64,000 bases of DNA from Calditrichia bacterium. Its GTDB lineage: Bacteria; Calditrichota; Calditrichia; RBG-13-44-9; J075. The position numbers and the translations under genes are program-made. Location: the NCBI GenBank assembly GCA_028284445.1, contig JANQRS010000068.1, positions 205,300 through 269,299 of the forward strand, read 5' to 3'. Shown here piece after piece: positions 1-9,627 of this stretch. Positions within the stretch are counted from its first letter, which is position 1, and each line of letters starts with the position of its first letter. Below the pieces are notes generated by a model. It was not told where the DNA came from. It did not search any database and saw only the letters and a program-made list of their open reading frames with translations.

Positions 1-10
1 CAAAAGCAGC

Positions 11-67
11 AAATCCCAATACCCGAACTCCAAGGCAGATGCCTTTGGAATTTGGATATTGGGATTT
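11..67. repeat. Imperfect inverted repeat built from heptamer units (TTTGGAA/TTTGGAT/ATTGGGA) just downstream of dnaJ; possible terminator or REP-like element
   Basis: AAATCCCAATACCCGAACTCCAAGGC pairs imperfectly with GCCTTTGGAATTTGGATATTGGGATTT. Confidence 0.55.
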
Positions 68-83
68 GGAATTTGTTCTTGTC

Positions 84-1277
84 TCAGATACTAAACACTT
101 CTTTGAACTTCTGAAAGAAGCCTTTATCCTTCTTCGGCGCAATGATGTTTTCCGAAGCTGCCAGCTCTTTCAATAGTTCTTTTTCCTGGGCATTGAGGCG
201 GGTCGGGACCCAGAGTTTCACCTGAACCATCTGGTCACCCTGGTTATAGCCGTTGATTTCCGGGATGCCTTTTCCTCGAAGACGAAATACTTTGCCAGGC
301 TGGGTGCCGGCCGGAACGGTAATTTTTACCTTTGTGTAGCGATCAAGGTCTTTTTCCGGTAATGACTTGCCCCCTTCTTCAAGCGTAAGGGTGGGAATCT
401 CAACTTCCGTACCGAGAGCAGCGTCCGGATAGCTGATATAGAGGTCGTAGACGACATCATTTCCATGCCGAACGAATATCGGATGATCCTTTTCCTCGAT
501 GGCGACAATCAGGTCTCCGCTTGGTCCGCCACGCGGCCCGATATCTCCCTTGCCTTGCAGGGTCAGGTAATTGCCGGTCATAACACCAGCTGGAATCTTC
601 ACTTCTACCAGCTCCTCATCGCGCAATCGGCCCTCACCGCGACATTCCGGGCAGGGGTCCTTCACCGTGCTACCGGTTCCCCGGCAGTCCGGGCAGGTCG
701 TTACGTTTACCATACGGCCAAATATGGATTGCGATATTTGCCGGACTTCGCCGTGCCCCTGACAGGTTTGGCAAGTCTGTGCTTCGCTACCGGCGCGCTG
801 GCCCTTGCCAGAGCAAGTTTCACAAGACACCAGTTTATTCAGTTTGATCTTTTTGTTAACGCCTTCAGCAATCTCTTCAAGGCTTAGTCGCAGAGAAACC
901 TGCAAATCGCGGCCTCGTTGAGCACGAGAACGGGTGCGGCCTCTGCCGCCGCCAAAAATATCGCCAAAGCCGAAGCCTTCCTCCATGAACATGCGGAGGG
1001 CATCACTGAGGTCAAAATGTTCGAAGTTGAAACCGCCGCCACCTGCACCACCGACACCTTCATGTCCGAAGCGGTCGTAACGCTGGCGCTTATTGTCGTC
1101 ACTCAAGACTTCATAGGCTTCAGCTGCTTCTTTAAATTTTTCTTCTGCCTCTTTGTCACCCGGATTTTTATCCGGATGATATTTCATCGCGAGCTTGCGG
1201 AATGCGCTCTTCAGTTCGTCGCCTGAAGCTTCCTTCGCGACGCCCAGGACTTCATAATAGTCCCGTTTTGCAGACAT
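84..1277 (-). CDS. dnaJ: Chaperone DnaJ
   Basis: J domain with HPD motif (KYHPDKN), G/F-rich region, four CxxCxGxG zinc-finger repeats, C-terminal substrate-binding domain. Confidence 0.98.
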   Translation of the reverse strand: MSAKRDYYEVLGVAKEASGDELKSAFRKLAMKYHPDKNPGDKEAEEKFKEAAEAYEVLSDDNKRQRYDRFGHEGVGGAGGGGFNFEHFDLSDALRMFMEEGFGFGDIFGGGRGRTRSRAQRGRDLQVSLRLSLEEIAEGVNKKIKLNKLVSCETCSGKGQRAGSEAQTCQTCQGHGEVRQISQSIFGRMVNVTTCPDCRGTGSTVKDPCPECRGEGRLRDEELVEVKIPAGVMTGNYLTLQGKGDIGPRGGPSGDLIVAIEEKDHPIFVRHGNDVVYDLYISYPDAALGTEVEIPTLTLEEGGKSLPEKDLDRYTKVKITVPAGTQPGKVFRLRGKGIPEINGYNQGDQMVQVKLWVPTRLNAQEKELLKELAASENIIAPKKDKGFFQKFKEVFSI

Positions 1278-1493
1278 GCTAAATCCTTCCTGTATCCCGT
1301 CCCCCTACCAGAACGCGCGCGAAAGCGAGCCATTGCTGCTCAGGGAAATAAGCCTGATTGTTACAGGCAACTAAAGGGTGTATCATATTAGAGGTGCGAC
1401 AGGACTCCTGTTTACAGTTCAGCGTCCTGCGGAACATCTGTAATTATCGAATTAAAGCAACTAAAATTTAGGATGATATTTGTCGAAATACTA

Positions 1494-2534
1494 CTAATTA
1501 TTACCATGCTTGGCGGTAATGGACCGTGCGGTAAAATCTACCAGCGGTACCAGCTTGCGATAATCCATCCGGGTGGGGCCAATCACGCCCAAAATTCCGG
1601 CAATATTGCCGACCTGATAGCGGGCGGTAATGATACTGCACTCCTTCATACGCTCTTCAGTAATTTCCTCGCCAATTTGGATGCTGATGGACTCCTTCTC
1701 ACTCTCCTGTTCTTTGCTGAGCAGGTGAACGATCACGTCTCGCTCTTCCAGCAGTTCAACAATCGAAGACACCTTCTTAACGTCTCCAATATCTGTTTGC
1801 TGAACAAAGTGGTGTGTCCCCATAAAATAAATTTCAACGTTTTCGCCGAAATCGAATAACTGGTCTGCCTGACGGACGAATAGGTTCATCAAGCCGCTGT
1901 CATCATGCCGGACATCGTGAAATATCTCCCGGAACTTGCGACGAATATCGTTGATCTGGATGCCAAACAGCCGCTCGTTGAGTATGTCGGTGACCGACTG
2001 CAGTTTAGAGCGGGAAACGGCTGATTCCAGTTCCAGCGTAATGGTCTTGATCATTCCGGTTTGTATGGTGATGACAACCAGCAGCCTGTCCGAAGTGAGG
2101 CTGATCAGCTCCATGCGCTGGAAAATCCCCTCGTCAATTTGTGGCGTAACGATGATACCCAATTGCCGGGACAATTGCGAGAGGATGCGGCTGGCGTCTT
2201 TCAGGACATCATCCTGATCCAGCGTGCTCTGCTCAATCATTTCACGAATAGACCCTTTTTCATCGCTTGAAAGGCGTCCGAAGCGGATAATTTCGTCCAC
2301 GTACATACGATAGGCGCTGGTACGCGGTACGCGGCCTGCCGAAGTATGCGGTTGAAAGATGTAGCCCTTCTGTTCCAGCAACGACATGGTATTGCGGATA
2401 GAAGCCGGGCTCATGCCTAATTTACTCTTTTTGGAGATAAGCGAAGAACTGACCGGCGTGGCGGTGGTGATAAATCGCTGAACGATTTCACCAAGGATGA
2501 GTTTTTCTCGTGCTGTCAGCGTACTGGCAACCAT
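1494..2534 (-). CDS. hrcA: Heat-inducible transcription repressor HrcA
   Basis: SPASIRNTMSLLE, QPHTSAGRVP and GILGVIGPTRMDY motifs typical of HrcA; adjacent to dnaJ. Confidence 0.96.
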   Translation of the reverse strand: MVASTLTAREKLILGEIVQRFITTATPVSSSLISKKSKLGMSPASIRNTMSLLEQKGYIFQPHTSAGRVPRTSAYRMYVDEIIRFGRLSSDEKGSIREMIEQSTLDQDDVLKDASRILSQLSRQLGIIVTPQIDEGIFQRMELISLTSDRLLVVITIQTGMIKTITLELESAVSRSKLQSVTDILNERLFGIQINDIRRKFREIFHDVRHDDSGLMNLFVRQADQLFDFGENVEIYFMGTHHFVQQTDIGDVKKVSSIVELLEERDVIVHLLSKEQESEKESISIQIGEEITEERMKECSIITARYQVGNIAGILGVIGPTRMDYRKLVPLVDFTARSITAKHGNN

Positions 2535-2971
2535 TGGAATCCTGAGCCTTTTCCTTACCAGTGACTATCGGTCGATACAATCTCTTATTCAGTATTTCTT
2601 GTTGATAGTACAACTTTATACTACTCCCTGAAATAATAGTAGTTCCTCATCACAGAATCAACAATTGTGAAAAATTAAAGAAAAAAATCTCTTATTGAAT
2701 GGACGTTGAAGACGCAGAAAGATGTAAATATATGTTCACTATTGAAGTTAGCGTCTTTTTCACCGGAAATCGGGTTGGATTTCTGATATTTTTTGCATGC
2801 CCATAACCTGTTGTTGGTACTTGCTTTACCGGAAAAATTGCTGGTTTTGGCTAAAAAATATCGCATTAAATACGGCGAAATCGGGCTTTGGCAATATCGT
2901 GATTTAAGTCATAGAATCGCATATTTTCTTTTGAAGACAAGTGCAAAAATTCATTTGTTTAAGATGTTTAA

Positions 2972-3137
2972 AAACAATGTCTTGTGAATCATTGCGTTTC
3001 GTCGGTTGAGGATAATTATATCCGAAAAACGTATTAAAATTTTTCCTTGATTTATTGCCGTCAAGCAGCTATTTTTTTCTGCGAGTTTAATACAACTGCA
3101 ACATGCAAGAACACAGCAAAACCCCAATATCTTCTGC
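2972..3137 (+). promoter_or_regulatory. Two NrdR-box-like sequences upstream of nrdJ
   Basis: AAACAATGTCTTGTGA (2972-2987) and CCCCAATATCTTCTGC (3122-3137) resemble acaCwAtATaTwGtgt; each has a mismatch at a conserved position. Confidence 0.35.
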
Positions 3138-3209
3138 CAATGATTGTGCACAAAACATCCAATACATTCATACCTGCTAATACATATTCATTATCACGGA
3201 GGAGAGTAC

Positions 3210-5525
3210 ATGCCATCAAAGTCTGATCAACTCGACATGTCCGCGAGTAACGGATCAACCAGCAATGGTGCCACCCTTGATCCAAAAGAGATCGAACAGA
3301 TCATCGTCACCCCGCCATCTGAAATTGTCAAAAGAGACGGACGAGTTGTTCCTTTTGATGTCGCCCGGATTGAGAAAGCATTAGTCAGTTGTTTTAAAAG
3401 CATCGACAAAAAACCGAATACGCCTGTTGAGGAGCTGGCGAAGCAGGTTGTCAATATTGTTGCTGCCAAATATGAAGCGCCTTCAGTAGAGCAGGTGCAG
3501 GATATCGTTGAAATGGTTCTGCAGGCTGCCGGCGAATACGAAGCCGCTAAGGAATACATCCTTTATCGCGCTGAACATGCGAAGCAGCGTCAGATTCGCC
3601 CAATTCCCGATAAGGTGCGCGAAGCCTTTTCCGCTTCCGATCAATACTTTCCTACCCAGCTTCAGAAATTTCAATTCTATGACAAGTACTCCCGCTTTAA
3701 TTATGAACTGGGCCGTCGCGAAACCTGGGTAGAGACTATTGATCGCGCCGTAGATTTTCTCCGTGAAGTATCCGAGTTCCGCTTGCCGGCGCAAATGTAT
3801 GAGCGGGTTCGCAATTCGATGTTGCGTATGGATGCCATGAGCTCGATGCGTCTGCTGGCGATGGCAGGACCAGCGGCACGTCGCAGCAATATCTGTATTT
3901 ATAATTGTAGCTACATGCCGGTTGACAGCATTCACGCCTTTGTAGAAGCGCTGATTATTTCGATGTGTGGTTGCGGTGTTGGGTATTCGGTAGAAAGCCG
4001 CTATGTCGAGAGTTTCCCCCGTGTGAAGCGTCAATTAAAGGCCCGTCCGATTGCCTATACCGTCGAAGATTCTGCAGATGGTTGGGCAGAAGCGCTGCGC
4101 TTTGGCTTGCAGACCTGGTTTGAGGGCGGGGATATCGTTTTTGATTATTCAGAAATTCGTCCTGCCGGTGCGCCGCTACGTATAAAAGGTGGACGGGCTT
4201 CAGGACCGCAGCCGCTTCGTAAGATGCTTGATTTTGTTCGTCAGCGCATTCTGGCGCGTCAGGGCAGCTTCCTGCGTCCGCTTGATGCCCACGACATTAT
4301 GTGCGCGGTTGGTAATGCCGCTGTTTCCGGTGGCGTGCGTCGCACAGCAATGATTTCTCTCTTTGATTTTGATGATAAGGACATGCGCCTCTGTAAGAGT
4401 GGCGATTTTGAACGCCATAATAGCCAGCGTTGGAATGCTAATAACTCGGCGGTTTGGCCGGAGCGTCAGTTGAGCCAGGCCGAAGTTGCCGGACTGGTGC
4501 TCGATATGGTTGAATCGGGTCGCGGTGAGCCGGGTATCTTTAACCGTCACGCTGCCGTTCAATCCCGTCCGGAACGCCGTTTGGCTGCCGAATTCGGCAC
4601 CAACCCCTGTGGTGAAATTATTCTTCGCCCGAATCAGTTCTGTAACCTGTCGATCGCAGTTGCGAGAGCAGATGATACCTACGAGACATTGAAGGATAAG
4701 GTTGAAGTTGCCACGATCATTGGTACTATTCAGTCCATGGCCACTCACTTCCCGGGGCTGCGTCCGCAATGGCGTGCGAACTGTGAAGAAGAGCGTTTGC
4801 TCGGCGTTGATATTACCGGTCAGTTGGACAGTCCGGTTGCGCAGGATGCAAAAGTGATGGAACAATTGCAGCAGGTTGCTGTTGAGACCAACCGTCAACT
4901 CGCTGAAACCTTGCGCATCAATCAGTCTGCCGCGGTTACCTGTGTGAAGCCTTCCGGTAACTCTTCGCAGCTCTTTAACTGCGCGCCTGGTATTCACGCC
5001 CGCTGGTCCGACTACTACGTTCGCAATGTTCGCGTTGGCACTCATACACCCATCTTCAAGGTATTGCGCGATACCGGCGTGCCAATGGATCCGGAAAACG
5101 GCCAAATGCCGGAAACTGCAGATACTTGGGTAATTCACTTCCCGGTGAAGTCTCCTGAGGGCTCCAAGACCCGTAAGGAACGCAGCGCAATTGAGCAGTG
5201 TGAATATTGGCTGCAGAACAAAGTGCACTGGACCGAGCATAATCCCAGCGTAACCATCACCTATCAGCCTGATGAAGTGATTGATCTGTTCCGCTGGATT
5301 TGGAAGAATCAGGACAAAATTGGTGGAATGGCCTTCTTGCCGGCTTTTGATGCGCAGTATGATCAGATGCCGTTTGAAGAAATTACCGGCGAAAAATTCC
5401 AGGAACTGGCGAAGGAATTCCCGGAAATTGATTTCTCGAAGCTTTATCGCTACGAGGCAGAGGATTACACAACCGCTGCCCAGGAACTGGCCTGCCTGGC
5501 GGGATCCTGCGATATCGATTTCTAG
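3210..5525 (+). CDS. nrdJ: Class II (adenosylcobalamin-dependent) ribonucleotide reductase, monomeric RTPR-like, with N-terminal ATP cone
   Basis: ATP cone (IVKRDGRVVPFD...EQVQDIVE), YNCS, TNPCGE, FCNLS, TCVKPSG and C-terminal CLAGSC; SD GGAGGAG before ATG 3210. Confidence 0.93.
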   Translation: MPSKSDQLDMSASNGSTSNGATLDPKEIEQIIVTPPSEIVKRDGRVVPFDVARIEKALVSCFKSIDKKPNTPVEELAKQVVNIVAAKYEAPSVEQVQDIVEMVLQAAGEYEAAKEYILYRAEHAKQRQIRPIPDKVREAFSASDQYFPTQLQKFQFYDKYSRFNYELGRRETWVETIDRAVDFLREVSEFRLPAQMYERVRNSMLRMDAMSSMRLLAMAGPAARRSNICIYNCSYMPVDSIHAFVEALIISMCGCGVGYSVESRYVESFPRVKRQLKARPIAYTVEDSADGWAEALRFGLQTWFEGGDIVFDYSEIRPAGAPLRIKGGRASGPQPLRKMLDFVRQRILARQGSFLRPLDAHDIMCAVGNAAVSGGVRRTAMISLFDFDDKDMRLCKSGDFERHNSQRWNANNSAVWPERQLSQAEVAGLVLDMVESGRGEPGIFNRHAAVQSRPERRLAAEFGTNPCGEIILRPNQFCNLSIAVARADDTYETLKDKVEVATIIGTIQSMATHFPGLRPQWRANCEEERLLGVDITGQLDSPVAQDAKVMEQLQQVAVETNRQLAETLRINQSAAVTCVKPSGNSSQLFNCAPGIHARWSDYYVRNVRVGTHTPIFKVLRDTGVPMDPENGQMPETADTWVIHFPVKSPEGSKTRKERSAIEQCEYWLQNKVHWTEHNPSVTITYQPDEVIDLFRWIWKNQDKIGGMAFLPAFDAQYDQMPFEEITGEKFQELAKEFPEIDFSKLYRYEAEDYTTAAQELACLAGSCDIDF

Positions 5526-5548
5526 TTAGCCGTTGAGATGAAATCTGT

Positions 5549-5583
5549 AAGCCCCGATGGCGATCGCCGTCGGGGCTTTTTTA
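5549..5583 (+). terminator. Rho-independent terminator after nrdJ
   Basis: GCCCCGATGGCG-AT-CGCCGTCGGGGC stem followed by a T-run. Confidence 0.85.
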
Positions 5584-5666
5584 TTGGAAAATCAGAAACA
5601 ACAGGAGAAGTTCTGCGAATACCAGAGTGGATCAACCAACCTACTCAACTTTATCCCGGAGGTTAC

Positions 5667-6515
5667 ATGTCTAAATCTTTAAAAATGTTTCAGTTGTTTA
5701 CAGGGATTGTTTGTTTGCTGATTGTCTCACAAAATGTATTCGCGCAGACGCCGGATTTTAGCAAGCTGACCGGTTTGGGGGAGGTGCGCTACCACAAAGT
5801 TGAATCAGAGATTATGGAGCATACCTATTATCTTTTTGTGCGGCTTCCGGCGGACTATCAAGAAGACAAGAAATATCCAACCGTTTATTTGCTGGATGGC
5901 GGGGCTACCTGGCCAATACTGGCAGCCTACTACAATTATCTCCATTTTGGCGAGGAAGTACCAAGCTCTATTATTGTGGGGATTTCTTACGGCAGCAACA
6001 ACTGGCGTAAAGGCAATATGCGCGGTCGCGACTTTACGGCAAAGTCGGAGGAGCGTGATTATTGGGGAGGCGCGCCCAAATTTCAGGAGGTTTTTGCCGA
6101 GGAGTTCTTTCCATTGATTGAAAAGAACTACGCATCCGATGCTTCACGGCGAGTTATTTTCGGCCAGTCACTCGGAGGACAGTTTGTGCTGCATGCAGCG
6201 CAGAGTGCGCCGGACCTCTTCTTTGGATATATCGCCAGCAATCCGGCGCTTCATCGCAATTTAGAGCTGTTCTTGAAAATGACACCGGAAGGGAGTTCCG
6301 GATCCGATCAGCCGCGATTGTTTGTTGGTAGCGGCTCGGATGACGTGCCGCGTTTTCGTGAGCCGGCGGTAAAGTGGATCGAACACTGGTCTCAGAAAGA
6401 AGGCCTGCCCTGGGCATTGAAAACGGCTACCCTGGATGGGCATACCCATGGTTCAGCAGTGACTGCGTCGTTCCGGCAGGGGATGGCCTGGGTGTTTCCT
6501 GATACCAAAAAATGA
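5667..6515 (+). CDS. Secreted alpha/beta hydrolase, IroE/Fes-like esterase
   Basis: Signal peptide, YPTVYLLDG, nucleophile elbow GQSLGG, C-terminal His (GHTHG); SD GGAGG before ATG 5667. Confidence 0.85.
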   Translation: MSKSLKMFQLFTGIVCLLIVSQNVFAQTPDFSKLTGLGEVRYHKVESEIMEHTYYLFVRLPADYQEDKKYPTVYLLDGGATWPILAAYYNYLHFGEEVPSSIIVGISYGSNNWRKGNMRGRDFTAKSEERDYWGGAPKFQEVFAEEFFPLIEKNYASDASRRVIFGQSLGGQFVLHAAQSAPDLFFGYIASNPALHRNLELFLKMTPEGSSGSDQPRLFVGSGSDDVPRFREPAVKWIEHWSQKEGLPWALKTATLDGHTHGSAVTASFRQGMAWVFPDTKK

Positions 6516-6533
6516 CCGTAAGGACATGCTGCT

Positions 6534-7424
6534 ATGAGTGCTGGAAACATATTGCTGCTACTTCTTCTGGCGGCCATGTGGGGGCCGTCATTTCTCTTTA
6601 TAAAGGTTGCTGTTCAAGAAATACCGCCGCTGACGATGTCCGCATTTCGGACCATGCTGGGCGGCGGTGTCTTGTGGTTCTTTCTGAGAATGCGTCGCCA
6701 GCGCATGCCGGGGCGTGGGCCGATCTGGAAGCATTTTGCCATCTCCGGCCTTTTTGGTCAGGCTATTCCCTTCGCTATGTTTGCCTGGGGAGAGATCTAC
6801 ATCGATAGCGCTCTTGCATCTATTCTGAACGGCACAACGCCGCTGTTCACCATCATTATTGCGCATTATTTTACTGAAGACGACCGCCTGAGCCGTGTAA
6901 AGGTCTTTGGATCGGTTGTGGGCTTCCTGGGGCTGGCGGTCATTGTTACGCCGGAGTTGATGAAGGGGGTTTCCGTTAATTTACTCGGCTTGATCGCGGT
7001 AACTATTCCGTCTCTCTGCTACGGCATCTCGATTGTCTACAGCCGCCAGACCTTGCGCGGCCTTGGCCCATTGGTCGCTCCGGTGGGCCAGCTGGGGATG
7101 TCGGCCTTGATGCTGCTGCCCTTCGCACTGTTCTTTGACCAGCCTTATGCCATGCCCTTGCCGTCTACAGCCGCCTTTACGTCGCTTGTGGCACTGGCCC
7201 TGCTGGGAACCTGTCTGGCCTTTGTCGTCTACTTCTATTTGCTTGAGCGCAATCGCGCCTCTCACGTGTCTATGGTGACTTATTTGGTGCCGATCTTCGG
7301 CATCATCCTCGGCGTTGTGGTGCTTAAAGAGAGCCTGGATTCCTACGCTTACTTAGGATGCGCATTGATTCTTCTAGGGGTGATGATTGTGAATGGAGTG
7401 TTTAAGAGGAAGAGAAAAGATTAG
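6534..7424 (+). CDS. EamA/DMT family transporter
   Basis: About 10 hydrophobic helices in two EamA-like halves (WGPSFLFIKVA, ASILNGTTPLFT, VTYLVPIFG). Confidence 0.92.
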   Translation: MSAGNILLLLLLAAMWGPSFLFIKVAVQEIPPLTMSAFRTMLGGGVLWFFLRMRRQRMPGRGPIWKHFAISGLFGQAIPFAMFAWGEIYIDSALASILNGTTPLFTIIIAHYFTEDDRLSRVKVFGSVVGFLGLAVIVTPELMKGVSVNLLGLIAVTIPSLCYGISIVYSRQTLRGLGPLVAPVGQLGMSALMLLPFALFFDQPYAMPLPSTAAFTSLVALALLGTCLAFVVYFYLLERNRASHVSMVTYLVPIFGIILGVVVLKESLDSYAYLGCALILLGVMIVNGVFKRKRKD

Positions 7425-8004
7425 CGGGAAAATCTATATTCTTCACATAATCCTGCAGAAGCGGGAAAAACTCCCGGAAGTCAGTTTCAAGCTCAGCATA
7501 GTGGTTTCGTAATGCCTCGCCCCCTTCAGCCAGCCGATTTGGTCGGGAAATACGCCGCGAGATGCCGCCAAGCGCCCGATCAATTCCTTCAAGGTCCCGA
7601 TAGTTAACCAGCCAGTTCTGCTCCGACATATATGGTAAGATCCGTCGCAGGCGCGGAGGCAGTTCCTCTTCGTTTGCATGCAATATGGCGTAAATGCGAG
7701 TTGTAAAGGCCTCTAGTTTTTCAGGGGCATAATCATCCCAAAGACGTGCAAGGAAGTGATCATAGAAGAGATCCACCATCACACCTTTGAGCAGATGGAA
7801 GCGGGAATCAATGCGGCCAATGCTTTTCAGAACTACCGGGTGAGGATCCGTAAAGGCGTCTATTCTGCGATGCAGCCAAATACCGCGCTGGATGTCAAGT
7901 GGATAATTTGCGCCTTCGCCATGACGAATGAAATCGGCAATCATATTGCCAAGAATCAACGGCTCATCATCCCCGGCTAGAAACATGTGCGCCAGAAAGT
8001 TCAT
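7402..8004 (-). CDS. acpH: Acyl carrier protein phosphodiesterase
   Basis: MNFLAH, GNMIADF, HRRIDAFTD and DLFYDHFLA motifs. Confidence 0.92.
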   Translation of the reverse strand: MNFLAHMFLAGDDEPLILGNMIADFIRHGEGANYPLDIQRGIWLHRRIDAFTDPHPVVLKSIGRIDSRFHLLKGVMVDLFYDHFLARLWDDYAPEKLEAFTTRIYAILHANEEELPPRLRRILPYMSEQNWLVNYRDLEGIDRALGGISRRISRPNRLAEGGEALRNHYAELETDFREFFPLLQDYVKNIDFPANLFSSS

Positions 8005-8052
8005 CGCGGAAGGTAAGGAATTTGTCTTGGCAATGCCAGTGAGTATATCACA

Positions 8053-8097
8053 GATGGCATCCTTTAGAGGGATGCCATCCCTCTAAAGGATGCCATC
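8053..8097. repeat. Perfect 20-bp-arm palindrome (REP-like) between divergent genes
   Basis: GATGGCATCCTTTAGAGGGA-TGCCA-TCCCTCTAAAGGATGCCATC. Confidence 0.85.
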
Positions 8098-8369
8098 CGG
8101 CAAAACATCGAGATGGTGTATCCAATAAAGACGCCGTGTCTATAGAAACAACATCTACCAGCCATTTCCTGTATAAAAATTGCACTAATTTCACATTTTT
8201 CAATCTTTTTGCAATATCTCTCCAATTGCATCTTTCTTCAGAAGAAACAAACGTTTGTGTGCGGTAATTATAAAACAGGCATGAAATCTGCTCAAGCAAA
8301 AATTGTGATATTCGTCAAAATTGTTTGTGGCGGAATTTGCACCAAACTTGTTTGAGAGGAGAGTGCCTT

Positions 8370-9608
8370 ATGCTTACTGATACCGGGGTGCTGGTCCAGA
8401 TGATTCTGGCGGTGCTCTTATTTCCAATGTATTTCCAGGAAGCCTTCCTGACATTTGCCTGGGGAGCCGGTGATCCCTTTTGGATCATGATGGGAAAACG
8501 AACCTTGTTGTTGTTGCCGGTCTCAGCAATTATTTTTGCCTGCTGGCTAAGCGTTGCCTCACTGGTGACGGTCATCGTGCGGCAAAATCGCAAACACTTC
8601 GTGACTGCTGTATTTCTGACCTGGCTGGATCTCGGCAAGGCGATCGTCGCTTTCTGGGGAGGTTTTTTCAAGTTCTTCTTCTATTTGATTGTTGCCTTGC
8701 TGGCCTTGATCAAAGTAGTTGCGCTCGGTCTGTGGTCCATTATCATCGATATTCTCTTTACACCATTTCGCTTGATGCGCAGTGGGTTGAGCAACGTGAC
8801 AAATTCCCAAGTGCCATGGATTGCGGTCTTCCTTACCCTTTTCTGGAGCATCATTGAAGCGGTGATCTTCACCTATGTGACCACCCCGTTGGTGATGGAT
8901 ACCTTTGCCAATATCACCGGTGAGGAATTGGGTGAATATTTCATTCGCGTCCCATTGTTTATTTTCATGCTCTTTGTGATTCTTGGCAGTTACGCGGTTT
9001 TGTCCAATTTTGTAGAAGTTGTCAAGTCGAAGAATATCCCGCAAATAATTGCCATTGCAGTGATAGAAATTGTCGTGATGCTGGTGGAAGTGGTTTTCCT
9101 GTATCGTGAATTTGTGGATTCGCTGGTGCCGTGGATTGCACAATATTCGACCGATTTCGAACCCGGTATCTGGACGATTCTGGCAATTGCAACTTTTGCC
9201 TGGTTTGGGATTCGAAGCCTGTCCTGGTTCTTGTTTGCAGCAGCCGGGACCCCGACAATTATGGCCATTATTCAAGGCAAAGGGAATGAAGTTACCGGAA
9301 AAACGCCGGCAAAAACCACGCAACCGGCCGTTGACTATGGTGGTGTGACATCCCGCTTTATGGCGCGGATTAAGGCGGATGCAGATTGGGTGCGCGACAA
9401 GAGCGAAGAATTACTCGGTGCCTTTGTGCTGCCGCCGCTTCAGGTGATTGCTGCCGCAATAAACTTCTGCACGCTGCTTGTGAACGGCTACCATATTTTC
9501 GAATTGCCTTTAAGCAATATTCGTTCTGTCACCAGTTCCGGAAAACTGGTCGAGCAGCTTGCAAAAGGCAATGACGGCATGCAGCGCCCGGTGAGTTCAA
9601 CGAAATGA
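8370..9608 (+). CDS. Multi-pass membrane protein of unknown function
   Basis: Long ORF with many hydrophobic helices; SD GAGGAG before ATG 8370; no family recognised. Confidence 0.8.
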   Translation: MLTDTGVLVQMILAVLLFPMYFQEAFLTFAWGAGDPFWIMMGKRTLLLLPVSAIIFACWLSVASLVTVIVRQNRKHFVTAVFLTWLDLGKAIVAFWGGFFKFFFYLIVALLALIKVVALGLWSIIIDILFTPFRLMRSGLSNVTNSQVPWIAVFLTLFWSIIEAVIFTYVTTPLVMDTFANITGEELGEYFIRVPLFIFMLFVILGSYAVLSNFVEVVKSKNIPQIIAIAVIEIVVMLVEVVFLYREFVDSLVPWIAQYSTDFEPGIWTILAIATFAWFGIRSLSWFLFAAAGTPTIMAIIQGKGNEVTGKTPAKTTQPAVDYGGVTSRFMARIKADADWVRDKSEELLGAFVLPPLQVIAAAINFCTLLVNGYHIFELPLSNIRSVTSSGKLVEQLAKGNDGMQRPVSSTK

Positions 9609-9627
9609 GTTTAAAAAGGAATTCGAC

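Noticed and set aside
2540..3209. Long AT-rich region upstream of the B12-dependent nrdJ as a possible cobalamin riboswitch
   Set aside because: No B12-box or GGGAA/GCCACTG core seen; it looks like divergent promoter DNA
4200..5240. Long antisense ORFs (e.g. 4200-5240, 8559-9323, 48956-49975, 51496-52227)
   Set aside because: Shadow frames of well-supported genes on the opposite strand, with no motifs of their own
8048..8299. 83-aa ORF ending GWHPLEGWHPSKGCHL
   Set aside because: The repeated ending is just the translation of the 8053-8097 palindrome; no SD or recognisable domain
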